Below are positions 46,662 through 55,510 of a DNA stretch of 64,000 nt, in pieces. The notes under the pieces were generated by a model that searched no databases, was not told the DNA's origin, and saw only the letters and a program-made list of their open reading frames with translations. Both the position numbers and the translations under genes were made by a program. The stretch comes from a bacterium (lineage in GTDB: Bacteria; Patescibacteriota; Minisyncoccia; Phycocordibacterales; Phycocordibacteraceae), in the NCBI GenBank assembly GCA_021849125.1, contig JAJZTG010000003.1:2133-66132 (forward strand). Reading direction: 5' to 3'. Every line of letters starts with the position of its first letter. The stretch's first letter is position 1.

Positions 46662-47142
46662 CAAGATCTACTTCGCCGCTGATCACGCCGGTTTCGCGCT
46701 CAAGCACGTGCTTGTCGAAGCGTTGCGTTCTCTCGGCTACGAGACGGAAGACCTCGGAGCCCACGCGCTCTCGCCGGAGGACGATTATCCTGACTTCATC
46801 ACGCCGTGTGCCGAGAAAGTGGCGAGCGAGCCGGGCGCTTTCGGGGTGGTGATCGGCGGAAGCGGACAGGGCGAAGCGATGTGTGCCAATCGCGTAAAGG
46901 GCGCGCGCGCAGCGGTCTTTTACGGGCCAAGAAAAGCGGTCGGCGAGCTCGAACGCGAGGGCAGCGCAGCGGTGGACGGTTTCGATATCGTACGGCTCGC
47001 GCGGGCGCACAACGACGCGAACATCCTTTCGATAGGCTCACGCTTTGTGTCCAGTGAAGAAGCGGTCGAGGCTCTCGAGCTTTTCCTCTCGACGCCATTC
47101 TCTAGCATCGAACGCCACACGCGCCGCATCGCGAAATACTAG
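46654..47142 (+). CDS. rpiB: Ribose-5-phosphate isomerase B
   Basis: IYFAADHAGFALK, DDYPDF, GGSGQGEAMCANR, ARAHNDANILS, RHTRRIAK. Confidence 0.92.
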   Translation: MSPKIYFAADHAGFALKHVLVEALRSLGYETEDLGAHALSPEDDYPDFITPCAEKVASEPGAFGVVIGGSGQGEAMCANRVKGARAAVFYGPRKAVGELEREGSAAVDGFDIVRLARAHNDANILSIGSRFVSSEEAVEALELFLSTPFSSIERHTRRIAKY

Positions 47143-47144
47143 CT

Positions 47145-47876
47145 ATGAGCCGTATCGTCCCCGCCGTCCTCCCGGCTTCGCATAAGAACTTCGACGATAC
47201 GCTCGCGCTTCTTTCGCTTATTCCCAATGTCTCACGCATTCAGATCGACGTGGTCGATGGGCATTTTGCTGCGCCGGCATCCTGGCCCTACACCGCGCCG
47301 CATGAGCTGCGCGACATGGTGGCGCGCGGCGACATGCTCCCCTCGCTTGACCGTATCGCGTACGAGGTGGATCTCATGTGCCTCGATCCTGATCGCGCGG
47401 CCGAGGCGTGGGTGGCGCTCGGCGCGTCACGGCTCACGGTGCACGCCGAGAGCACGACGGACTTGCCGCGTCTTCTCACTACGATGCGCAAGCACTACGG
47501 CTGCGATCTCATCTCTTGCGACCTGGTCTCGATAGGCGTGGCCCTCAACATCGAGACGGATCTGTTGCTCGTCGAGCCGCACCTCGACAAGGTCGACTAC
47601 GTGCAGTTCATGGGCATCGCGCGTATCGGACGACAAGGAGAACTTTTCGACCGTCGCGTGGTCGACAAGGTGCGTTCCTTCCATACGCGTCACCCGAAGA
47701 TCGACGTACAGATCGACGGCGGCGTTTCGCTCATACATGCGCATGAACTCTCTGCACTCAATGTCTCCGCGCTTATCGCTGGCTCTTCGATCCTTCGTTC
47801 GGCCGATCCGCGCGCGGCGTACGCAAAACTCGAAGAAACATTCAACGATCTTCCGAAAGGGCATAGGGTATACTAA
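47145..47876 (+). CDS. rpe: Ribulose-phosphate 3-epimerase-like protein (divergent)
   Basis: IQIDVVDGHF, VDLM, TVHAES, QIDGGV, AGSSI; pentose-phosphate gene context. Confidence 0.75.
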   Translation: MSRIVPAVLPASHKNFDDTLALLSLIPNVSRIQIDVVDGHFAAPASWPYTAPHELRDMVARGDMLPSLDRIAYEVDLMCLDPDRAAEAWVALGASRLTVHAESTTDLPRLLTTMRKHYGCDLISCDLVSIGVALNIETDLLLVEPHLDKVDYVQFMGIARIGRQGELFDRRVVDKVRSFHTRHPKIDVQIDGGVSLIHAHELSALNVSALIAGSSILRSADPRAAYAKLEETFNDLPKGHRVY

Positions 47877-47883
47877 AGGACAC

Positions 47884-48741
47884 ATGGCACTCACCGACGA
47901 GAAGATCGCCGAGCTCGAGCAGACTGCGGAAAAGATCCGTGAGACCATCATCGGCATGCTCGTAGCCGCCGGAAGCGGTCACACGGCAGGGCCTCTAGGC
48001 ATGGCGGATATCTTTACCGCTTTTTATTTCCATATCCTGAAACACGACCCGAAGAACCCGGACTGGGAAGAGCGCGATCGGCTCGTGCTCTCGAACGGTC
48101 ATATCGTGCCGGTGCGTTACGCGGCGATGGCGCACGCCGGGTACTTTCCGATTGAAGAGTGCGCGACTCTGCGCAAGTTCGGCAGCCGGCTCCAAGGGCA
48201 CCCGGAGCGTATCCGCCTGCCGGGACTCGAGACGACCTCCGGGCCGCTCGGCGAAGGTCTCTCGCAGGCGACCGGCATGGCCTACGCTTTCCGTATGGAC
48301 GGCCGCCGAGAGCGCGTGTATTGCCTCGTAAGCGATGGTGAGCAGGAAGCAGGGAATACGTGGGAGGCAGCGCTCTTTGCCGGCAAGCACAAGCTCTCGA
48401 ATCTCACGGCGGTCATGGATCGCAACAACATCCAGATCGACGGCATGACCGAGGACGTGATGCCGCTCGAGCCGATCGCTGACAAATACCGCGCTTTCAA
48501 CTGGCATGTGATCGAAGTGAACGGACACGACATCCCGGCATGCATCGCGGCCGTCGAAGAGGCGCAAGCGATCTACGAGAAGCCGACGATGATCATCGCG
48601 CACACGATCCCTGGGAAGGGCGTGCCGGAGATAGAGTTCGATTATCGCTGGCACGGCAAACCGCCTACGGCGGAAGAGGGCAAGCGCTTCCTCAAAGAGC
48701 TGCGCACGCTGCAGGGCAAGGTACCGAACGAGTATGCGTAA
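47884..48741 (+). CDS. Transketolase, N-terminal (TPP-binding) subunit
   Basis: SGH, RDRLVLSNGH, LQGHP, SGPLGEGLS, SDGEQEAG..WEA, DRNNIQIDG, WHGK. Confidence 0.93.
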   Translation: MALTDEKIAELEQTAEKIRETIIGMLVAAGSGHTAGPLGMADIFTAFYFHILKHDPKNPDWEERDRLVLSNGHIVPVRYAAMAHAGYFPIEECATLRKFGSRLQGHPERIRLPGLETTSGPLGEGLSQATGMAYAFRMDGRRERVYCLVSDGEQEAGNTWEAALFAGKHKLSNLTAVMDRNNIQIDGMTEDVMPLEPIADKYRAFNWHVIEVNGHDIPACIAAVEEAQAIYEKPTMIIAHTIPGKGVPEIEFDYRWHGKPPTAEEGKRFLKELRTLQGKVPNEYA

Positions 48742-48744
48742 TCT

Positions 48745-49059
48745 ATGCACATAATTTATTTACCAAAAGCCGCTGATTTTGTCGCAAATCTCGACGATCC
48801 GCTTGTTGGGCGGGTGCGACGTACGGTGAAGCTTCTGGAGACTCTGGGAAGCGGGTTGCGAATGCCATTCTCGAAGCCGGTCGAGCATGGCCTCTTTGAG
48901 TTACGTATTGTAGGAGCTGTCCATGTCAGATTGCTGTACTTTTTCTATAAAGGAGAGGCAGTAGTCGTACATGCGTTTGCTAAAAAAACTGAGCGGTTAA
49001 GCCGTGGAGATATCGAGTATGCGCTTTTGGCACGGAATACCTTCATTGCAGAGGTATAA
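48745..49059 (+). CDS. Type II toxin, RelE/HigB (Gp49-like) family
   Basis: LRMPFSKP..GLFELRI...RLLYFF..VVVHAFAKKT; upstream of an HTH gene. Confidence 0.85.
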   Translation: MHIIYLPKAADFVANLDDPLVGRVRRTVKLLETLGSGLRMPFSKPVEHGLFELRIVGAVHVRLLYFFYKGEAVVVHAFAKKTERLSRGDIEYALLARNTFIAEV

Positions 49060-49073
49060 CGTATACGTTATAC
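49054..49073. promoter_or_regulatory. Perfect 20-bp palindrome overlapping the antitoxin -10 box (candidate operator)
   Basis: GTATAACGTATACGTTATAC; TATACT at 49069-49074, ATG at 49082. Confidence 0.7.
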
Positions 49074-49081
49074 TTGCGAGT

Positions 49082-49381
49082 ATGAAAAAAATAAAGGTTA
49101 TCACGCAAGAAGAGCTTGACCGCCGGCTCATGAAAAAGCCTGGCTTCAAAAAGGCCTATGATGACCTTGAGCTCGAGTTCGCGATTATTGAGGCTTTGAT
49201 TCATGCTCGTATGAAGCGCGGCATGACGCAGGAGAAGCTTGCGAAGAAAATCGGCACGAAACAATCCGCCATCGCTCGCTTCGAGTCGGGACGTTCCAAT
49301 CCGACCTTCGCCTTTGTTCAGAAACTTTCCGATGCACTTGATCTGAAGATTACCGCTACTCCCCGCTATGCAAAACGCTAA
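49082..49381 (+). CDS. XRE/HTH_3 antitoxin (HigA-like)
   Basis: ARMKRGMTQEKLAKKIGTKQSAIARFESGRSNPT. Confidence 0.88.
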   Translation: MKKIKVITQEELDRRLMKKPGFKKAYDDLELEFAIIEALIHARMKRGMTQEKLAKKIGTKQSAIARFESGRSNPTFAFVQKLSDALDLKITATPRYAKR

Positions 49382-50360
49382 CGCACATCTGTCGGAAAAA
49401 ATATTTTCTTCTGACATCGAACAGGCGCCGACGCGCGACGGTTTCGGCACCGGTTCGGTGGAAGCAGGGAAGTCTGACGCGCGCGTGGTCGTGCTTTGCG
49501 CCGACCTTGCCGAGAGCACGCGCGCGGAGAAGTTCCAGAACGAATTTCCCGATCGATTCGTCGAAGTCGGCGTTTCCGAACAGAACATGGCCACGCTTGC
49601 AAGCGGCATGGCAGCTGCCGGCAAGATTCCCTTCATCGCAAGCTATGCCGCCTTCAGTCCGGGTCGCAACTACGAGCAGATCCGTACGACCATCGCGCTC
49701 AACGAGATGCCCGTCAAGGTCTGCGGCATGCACGCGGGCGTTTCGGTGGGGCCGGACGGCGCGACGCATCAGATGCTCGAAGACATCGGCCTCATGCGCA
49801 TGCTCCCGGGCATGACGGTGATCGCACCGGGGGACGCAGAAGAAGCGCGTAAGGCGGTCGTTGTGGCTGCAAAGACGAACGGCCCGGTGTACATCCGTTT
49901 CGGGCGTGCAGCGACACCCGTCTTCACGACTGCCGATACGCCCTTTGAGATAGGGAAGGCGCTCATGCTCTGGGAGAGCACGGAACCGAAAGTAGCGATC
50001 CTTTCGACCGGCTCCTTGAGCTACGCGGCACTCGCCGCGGCACAGCAGCTCGAGCAAGAAGGCGTGGGCTCCGTTGTGCTCCATGTGCCGACCATAAAGC
50101 CGCTCGATGCGGAGGCTATTATCAGCGCCGCGTCGCGTGCCGGCCGCGTCCTTACGGTCGAAGAGCATCAAGCTATGGGCGGCTTCGGGAGCGCCGTCGC
50201 GGAACTCCTTGCTGAGCGCCATCCGGTACCGATGAAGATACTCGGCATTGCTGACGAGTTCGGCCAGTCGGGCGAACCCGACGAACTCCTCAAGCACTAC
50301 GGCCTCGATGCGGGAAACATCGCTGATGCGGCGCAAACGCTCATCGCTCTGGTATACTAG
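49368..50360 (+). CDS. Transketolase, C-terminal (pyrimidine-binding) subunit
   Basis: ADLAEST, EVGVSEQNM, GPDGATHQMLED, GPVYIRFGR, TVEEH. Confidence 0.93.
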   Translation: MQNANAHLSEKIFSSDIEQAPTRDGFGTGSVEAGKSDARVVVLCADLAESTRAEKFQNEFPDRFVEVGVSEQNMATLASGMAAAGKIPFIASYAAFSPGRNYEQIRTTIALNEMPVKVCGMHAGVSVGPDGATHQMLEDIGLMRMLPGMTVIAPGDAEEARKAVVVAAKTNGPVYIRFGRAATPVFTTADTPFEIGKALMLWESTEPKVAILSTGSLSYAALAAAQQLEQEGVGSVVLHVPTIKPLDAEAIISAASRAGRVLTVEEHQAMGGFGSAVAELLAERHPVPMKILGIADEFGQSGEPDELLKHYGLDAGNIADAAQTLIALVY

Positions 50361-50369
50361 GGACAACGC

Positions 50370-50534
50370 ATGAAAAGCAATCTCGCTTCATTTCTCATAG
50401 CGCTTGGCATCCTTTTTCTCAGCTTCGGAGCCATGTGGCTCATCCTCAAACTCGCAAGCCCGCAGGTGACGTTAAAAGTGGGCGGCAACGAGGCGACCTA
50501 CTCCGACCTTCAGCAGTCGATCCTGAAACAATAG
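50370..50534 (+). CDS. 54-aa single-TM small protein (not in ORF track)
   Basis: MKSNLASFLIALGILFLSFGAMWLILKLASPQVTLKVGGNEATYSDLQQSILKQ*; TGGTATACT upstream; fills the gap between tkt and the PfkB kinase gene. Confidence 0.6.
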   Translation: MKSNLASFLIALGILFLSFGAMWLILKLASPQVTLKVGGNEATYSDLQQSILKQ

Positions 50535-50538
50535 ATTC

Positions 50539-51522
50539 TTACAGGGTCGTGACCTTGTAATCCGCAGGCGCTTCCGCAAGGAGCGCCTCGAGCTTTTCGC
50601 GCGAGAGGAGTCCCTTCTGGGCGCCGACTTCCTGGACGACGGCCATCGAGTTTACCGGGCCCCAGAGGAGCGCTTCATGAAGCGGCTTTCCGAGCGCGAG
50701 CGCGGCAACTACGGTCGAGGTGGTAGCGTCGCCCGCCCCGGTGCGATCAAGAGGAGGCTTCGGGTCAGGGTACATCGGGACTTTGAACATGGAGCTGCCA
50801 TCGGAAGCATAGGCGCCATTTGGGCCATCGGTGATAAGGACGATCTTCGGGCCGAGCGCGTGCATCTTTTCAAGCAGTACCTTGATAGCGGTCTCGCCGA
50901 GCTCAAGGATGCGCTCGGCTTCTTCTTTGTTGCAGGCGACAAGCTCGGTCTCTCTGTAGAGTGCGGCAAGCTTCTCTTTGCCCATCGACATCTGGAAGGT
51001 GCCTGGCTGGAACGCAAGCTTCGTTTCCGGATGTTCCTTGAGCCACGCGGCGAGGTCGAGATGGAACTGTTCCGAGTTCTCTCCGGCAGAAGAGAGATAG
51101 ATCCATTCGGGCGGCGTGAAGCCTTCCGGGATCACGTACGGATACGCTTCGTGGCGGATGAGGATCGTGCGCTCGGCTTCGTACCAGAGTACGTAGTGGT
51201 GGTTGGTCGGGATACCGTCGTTCACCTGGATGTGCGCCGTATCGACGCCTTCACGCTTGAACATCGCGAGGATCTCCTCGCCATAGCGGTCATTGCCGAC
51301 ATTCGATACGAAACCGGAGGAGAGGCCGAGCCGCGCGGCCGCAACGGCCGCATTCGCCGCATTACCTACGCCCGGGACGAGCACCGAAAACTCGTACGGG
51401 ATCTTGTCGCCCCACTTCATCGAGATGGTGCATTCTTCAGCGTTAATCTGGCAGCTGACATCGGCTTCCTTAAGGCGGATAAATTCGTCGACGGTAGTGT
51501 CACCGATAGCTATGAAGTTCAT
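50539..51522 (-). CDS. PfkB family carbohydrate kinase
   Basis: GNAANAAVAAARLG, VGNDRYG, NKEEA, ITDGPNGA, DRTGAGDA. Confidence 0.9.
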   Translation of the reverse strand: MNFIAIGDTTVDEFIRLKEADVSCQINAEECTISMKWGDKIPYEFSVLVPGVGNAANAAVAAARLGLSSGFVSNVGNDRYGEEILAMFKREGVDTAHIQVNDGIPTNHHYVLWYEAERTILIRHEAYPYVIPEGFTPPEWIYLSSAGENSEQFHLDLAAWLKEHPETKLAFQPGTFQMSMGKEKLAALYRETELVACNKEEAERILELGETAIKVLLEKMHALGPKIVLITDGPNGAYASDGSSMFKVPMYPDPKPPLDRTGAGDATTSTVVAALALGKPLHEALLWGPVNSMAVVQEVGAQKGLLSREKLEALLAEAPADYKVTTL

Positions 51523-51583
51523 GTGGGGATTTTACCATGTCCGGTGACCGCGTCGCGCCGGCATCGCATGCTAAAATAGCGGC

Positions 51584-52576
51584 ATGACTGATCTCGTTTC
51601 CATCGCACGCTCGTTATTCGCGTCCGGCAAAGGCATCTTGGCTGCCGACGAGAGCGTGCACACCGCGACCGCACGTCTCGCGTCTTACGGTGTCGAAGCA
51701 GGAGAGGAGATGCGTCGCCAGTATCGCGACCTTTTCTTCGGCGCGGAAGGCGTCGAGCAGTATCTTTCAGGCATCATCCTCTTCTCGGAGACGCTTGCGC
51801 AGAAAGGGGATGACAAGAAACGCTTCCCGGAGTCGCTTTCCGAACGCGGCATCGCGCCGGGCGTGAAGGTCGACCTTGGTACCGAGCCGCTTCCGACGAG
51901 TCCGGAAGAGCTTATCACCCAGGGTCTCCTCGACCTCAGCGAGCGCCTCCAGGAATACAAGAAGCAGGGAGCTGTCTTCACCAAATGGCGCGCGGTGGTC
52001 CGTATCGACGGGGATCAGCTTCCTTCTGCAGCAGCCCTTCACGAGAATGCGAAACGGCTCGCGGCATACGCCAAGGAGGTGCAAAGCGCGGGGCTCGTAC
52101 CGATACTCGAGCCGGAAGTGCTCTATGCAGGGAAGCATAGCCGCATGCGTGCACGCGCGGTCTTGAGCGAGACGCTCGGTACCCTCTTCTCGCTCCTTGA
52201 GGAGACGGCGGTCGATCTTGGAAGCGTCATCCTCAAGACCTCCATGGTGCTTTCGGGCAGCGAGAGCGGGAAGAGCGACACGCCCGAGGAGGTCGCTGCC
52301 GATACGCTCACGGTACTTCTCGAGCAGGTGCCTGCCGAGGTCGCCGGTATCGTATTCCTCTCGGGCGGCCAGACGCCGGACCAGGCGACTGAAAACTTGC
52401 GTGCTATCGCAGCGCTTGCGAAGAAGGAGAACGCCCCTTGGCCGCTCACGTTCTCCTACGCCCGTGCGCTCCAGGAGGAGGCGCTTGCGCTCTGGAAGGG
52501 CGAACCAGAGAACGTTCCGGCGGCGCGCGCAGCCTTCCTCAAACGCCTCGAGAAAGTGTCCGCGGCGCTCGGGTGA
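51584..52576 (+). CDS. Class I fructose-bisphosphate aldolase
   Basis: GKGILAADES, GVKVDLG, FTKWRAV, LVPILEPEV, VFLSGGQ, PWPLTFSYARALQ. Confidence 0.93.
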   Translation: MTDLVSIARSLFASGKGILAADESVHTATARLASYGVEAGEEMRRQYRDLFFGAEGVEQYLSGIILFSETLAQKGDDKKRFPESLSERGIAPGVKVDLGTEPLPTSPEELITQGLLDLSERLQEYKKQGAVFTKWRAVVRIDGDQLPSAAALHENAKRLAAYAKEVQSAGLVPILEPEVLYAGKHSRMRARAVLSETLGTLFSLLEETAVDLGSVILKTSMVLSGSESGKSDTPEEVAADTLTVLLEQVPAEVAGIVFLSGGQTPDQATENLRAIAALAKKENAPWPLTFSYARALQEEALALWKGEPENVPAARAAFLKRLEKVSAALG

Positions 52577-52612
52577 TTGCTTTTCCGCGCCGTTTCCCGT
52601 ATATTGAGGCCC

Positions 52613-53242
52613 ATGCTTACTCTTGAAGTCACGAAGCGCGACGGCGCCACGACCCTTTCCGCGCTCCGCAAGGCGGATAAGGTTCCGGCTATCGTCTATG
52701 GCGCACACCAGGAGGCGACGCCGATCACGATCGACGGACGCGCGTTCGACAAGGCGTTCCGCGAAGCGGGCGAGGCGACCATCGTGTCGCTTACCGGCCT
52801 CGGCGCAGCGATCCCTTCGCTCATCCACGATATCTATCGCGATCCGATCACGGGTGCTGCCTGCCACGTAGACTTCTACGCGGTCACCAAAGGCGAGAAA
52901 GTCGAAGTCGCGATCCCGCTCGAGTTCGTCGGCGAATCGGATGCGGCGAAGGCCGGCGCTAACGTCGTGAAGGTTCTCCACGAAGTCGAGGTCAAGGCGG
53001 ATCCGATGCAGCTCCCGCACAACATCGAGGTCGACCTCTCCGCGCTCGCAGCGATCGATGACCGCATCTGCGCGAAGGACCTCAAGCTCCCGTCGGGCGT
53101 CGAGCTCATGCTCGATCCGGAAGAGGTCGTCGCGCTCGCGCAGGCAGTCGTCGAAGAAAAAGAAGAGGCTGCACCAGCCGATATCTCCTCGATCGAAGTC
53201 GAGAAGAAGGGCAAGGAAGAATCCGAAGAAGCTGCTGCATAA
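52613..53242 (+). CDS. rplY: 50S ribosomal protein L25 (CTC form)
   Basis: VPAIVYG, HVDFY, IPLEFVGES, LPHNIEVD, acidic tail. Confidence 0.92.
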   Translation: MLTLEVTKRDGATTLSALRKADKVPAIVYGAHQEATPITIDGRAFDKAFREAGEATIVSLTGLGAAIPSLIHDIYRDPITGAACHVDFYAVTKGEKVEVAIPLEFVGESDAAKAGANVVKVLHEVEVKADPMQLPHNIEVDLSALAAIDDRICAKDLKLPSGVELMLDPEEVVALAQAVVEEKEEAAPADISSIEVEKKGKEESEEAAA

Positions 53243-53274
53243 GCCGCAATCGACGCATGGTACACTAACCGGAC

Positions 53275-54663
53275 ATGCGCCGGTTTTTTCTTTTTGTGCT
53301 CATAGGAATCATCGTCATGCCGTCTGCCGTTTTCGCGCAGAATGCTGCTCAGGCGGTATCGGCTCGCCAGCAAGCGTTGCAGAATCAGCTCTCCGCGATC
53401 GAAGGCCAGATCGCCGAACAGCAGAGGCTCCTTGATGTCGCACAGAACCAGCATCAGACGCTTCAATCGCAGATAGACGCTTTCAACGCCGAGATCAAGA
53501 AGACACAGCTCCAGATCCAGGCGATCAATCTCACCATCACCAAACTGAACGGCGATATCGACGTGCATGATAAGACGCTCACGCAGCTTTCCGCGCAGCT
53601 CGAAGCGGGGAAGGAGTCGCTCGCGCAGATCATGCGCCAGACGCAGATGCTCGATGACTACTCGATAGTCTCGGTGGCGCTCGGGTCAGAAGATGTGTCC
53701 GGTTTCTTCAGCGACCTTGACGCGTTCACGTCGATCAAGAGCTCGCTCGCAACTTCATTTTCTAGGATACGGCAAACCAGCGCTTCGACGGAGACGGAGA
53801 AACAAGCGCTTCAAGCGCGCCTTGCCGAGCAAGAACAGCTTCGAACCATCGCCCAGCTTGCAAAGCAGGCTGTGCAGAATCAGGAGGCCGAGAAACAGAA
53901 GCTTCTCAAACAAACCAAAGGCATCGAAGCGAACTACCAGAAGCTCATCGCGGGTAACCAGAAGACGGCGGCACAGATACGCTCCGAGCTCTTCATGCTG
54001 CGCGACACGGCGGCGATCCCGTTCGGTACCGCGCTTTCGTATGCGCAGGCTGCAGAACGCGCGACCGGCACGCGAGCTGCGGTGACTCTGGGAGTACTCA
54101 AGCAGGAGACCAATCTCGGTGAGAATGTGGGTACCGGTACGTGGCGAGCTGATATGTCACCGACGCGCGACCGTCCGGTCTTCGCCTACATCACGCAAAC
54201 GCTCGGACTCGACCCGGACAAGATGCCGGTCTCGAGGAAACCTTGGTACGGGTGGGGCGGCGCGATGGGCCCGGGACAGTTCATCCCGTCGACCTGGGCC
54301 TGCTACGGAGGGTTCGTAAACGTAAATACCGGCACCTGCACGCCGACTTCTTCGGTAGGCGGCAATGCTTTCTGGCAAGGGCCGTGGAAGTATGTCGCGA
54401 GCAAGGATCGTGTGCGCAAGCTTCTCGGCGCGAGCGTGCCGAGCAATCCGTGGGACGCGCGCGTCGCGATCATGGCGACCGCAATGCTCATGGCCGATAA
54501 TGGGGCGTCTGCACAGACGCCTGCAGCCGAGCGGCTTGCGGCGCTCCGTTATTTCGCCGGCTATGCGGGCGCGAAAAATCCCGCCTATGCCTTCTATGGC
54601 GACGGCGTGATGCAGTTCGCTTCGCAATTCCAACAGGACATAGACCAGTTGAGAGGGTACTAG
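53275..54663 (+). CDS. Secreted coiled-coil protein with C-terminal lytic transglycosylase (SLT-like) domain
   Basis: Signal peptide, long heptad region, QETNLG (catalytic Glu), GAMGPGQFIPSTW, NPWD. Confidence 0.83.
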   Translation: MRRFFLFVLIGIIVMPSAVFAQNAAQAVSARQQALQNQLSAIEGQIAEQQRLLDVAQNQHQTLQSQIDAFNAEIKKTQLQIQAINLTITKLNGDIDVHDKTLTQLSAQLEAGKESLAQIMRQTQMLDDYSIVSVALGSEDVSGFFSDLDAFTSIKSSLATSFSRIRQTSASTETEKQALQARLAEQEQLRTIAQLAKQAVQNQEAEKQKLLKQTKGIEANYQKLIAGNQKTAAQIRSELFMLRDTAAIPFGTALSYAQAAERATGTRAAVTLGVLKQETNLGENVGTGTWRADMSPTRDRPVFAYITQTLGLDPDKMPVSRKPWYGWGGAMGPGQFIPSTWACYGGFVNVNTGTCTPTSSVGGNAFWQGPWKYVASKDRVRKLLGASVPSNPWDARVAIMATAMLMADNGASAQTPAAERLAALRYFAGYAGAKNPAYAFYGDGVMQFASQFQQDIDQLRGY

Positions 54664-54736
54664 CGCTTTCCGGTGTCGGATTATCCCCATACGCGCGACC
54701 AAAGGTTGCGCGTAAGAGGGGTATACTGAACTCATT

Positions 54737-55492
54737 ATGATGACTACGCACACGAAGATCGCTTGGACAGGTATAGCAGCCATTATCATTCTTGCAGGGG
54801 GGTCCTATGTTTATTACCGACTTTCGCATAAGCCAGTAGCTCCGGGAAGCGTTTCGACTACGCAGCAGATCAAAGCCCCGCGCGTTTTCCTCGGGTCTAT
54901 CGCATCGGTCTCTACTGACGGATCGCAGGTTACGGTGCAGGGGTTGCCGGATACCAAAGACCCATTCACTCATGTGGCGATGATCCTCCCCTCGACGCAC
55001 ATTGAGAAGGTCGTCACTCAGACCGGTCTCGATGGGAAGCCTGAGAAGCAGCTGGTCGTCGAAGTCGATACGAGCGCACTTACGAAAGGGCAGAAGGTGA
55101 CCGTCGAGTATGCTGGCGATACTGAAAATGCTAGCCGCATCTCGTTCCTCGTCGAAAACAACATCGATGCGTACATCAAAGAGGCTTCTCAAGCAGAAGC
55201 AAGCCCCTACCTCAAGGGTCGTATCATCGCAGTCGATGCAGCTGCGAAGACGATCCGTTACTATCCGTACACCTTCGGCAAGGTCGAAACGAAAGAGATG
55301 ACCGTAGCGGTTCCTGATGGCGTAAAGATATACACAGTCGACGATCCGGTACGCATCGCGATCACGCACGCGTGGGTACCCGCAACGGCCGCTGCGCTCC
55401 AGGTGAACGCGACCTTCTTCATCGCGGCCGATCCAAAAGCGCTCAAGAACAGCAAAGTCGTCGCACAGGCGTTCATCGTTTCTCAGAAATAA
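54737..55492 (+). CDS. Membrane-anchored hypothetical protein with two beta-rich repeats
   Basis: N-terminal TM; GSIASVS and GRIIAVD repeats. Confidence 0.7.
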   Translation: MMTTHTKIAWTGIAAIIILAGGSYVYYRLSHKPVAPGSVSTTQQIKAPRVFLGSIASVSTDGSQVTVQGLPDTKDPFTHVAMILPSTHIEKVVTQTGLDGKPEKQLVVEVDTSALTKGQKVTVEYAGDTENASRISFLVENNIDAYIKEASQAEASPYLKGRIIAVDAAAKTIRYYPYTFGKVETKEMTVAVPDGVKIYTVDDPVRIAITHAWVPATAAALQVNATFFIAADPKALKNSKVVAQAFIVSQK

Positions 55493-55510
55493 CCGCTCTC
55501 ATCTAAGCGT

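Noticed and set aside
51866-51877. AAGGTCGACCTT palindrome in the aldolase gene as a REP copy
   Set aside because: It has no loop base and simply encodes the conserved KVDL motif.
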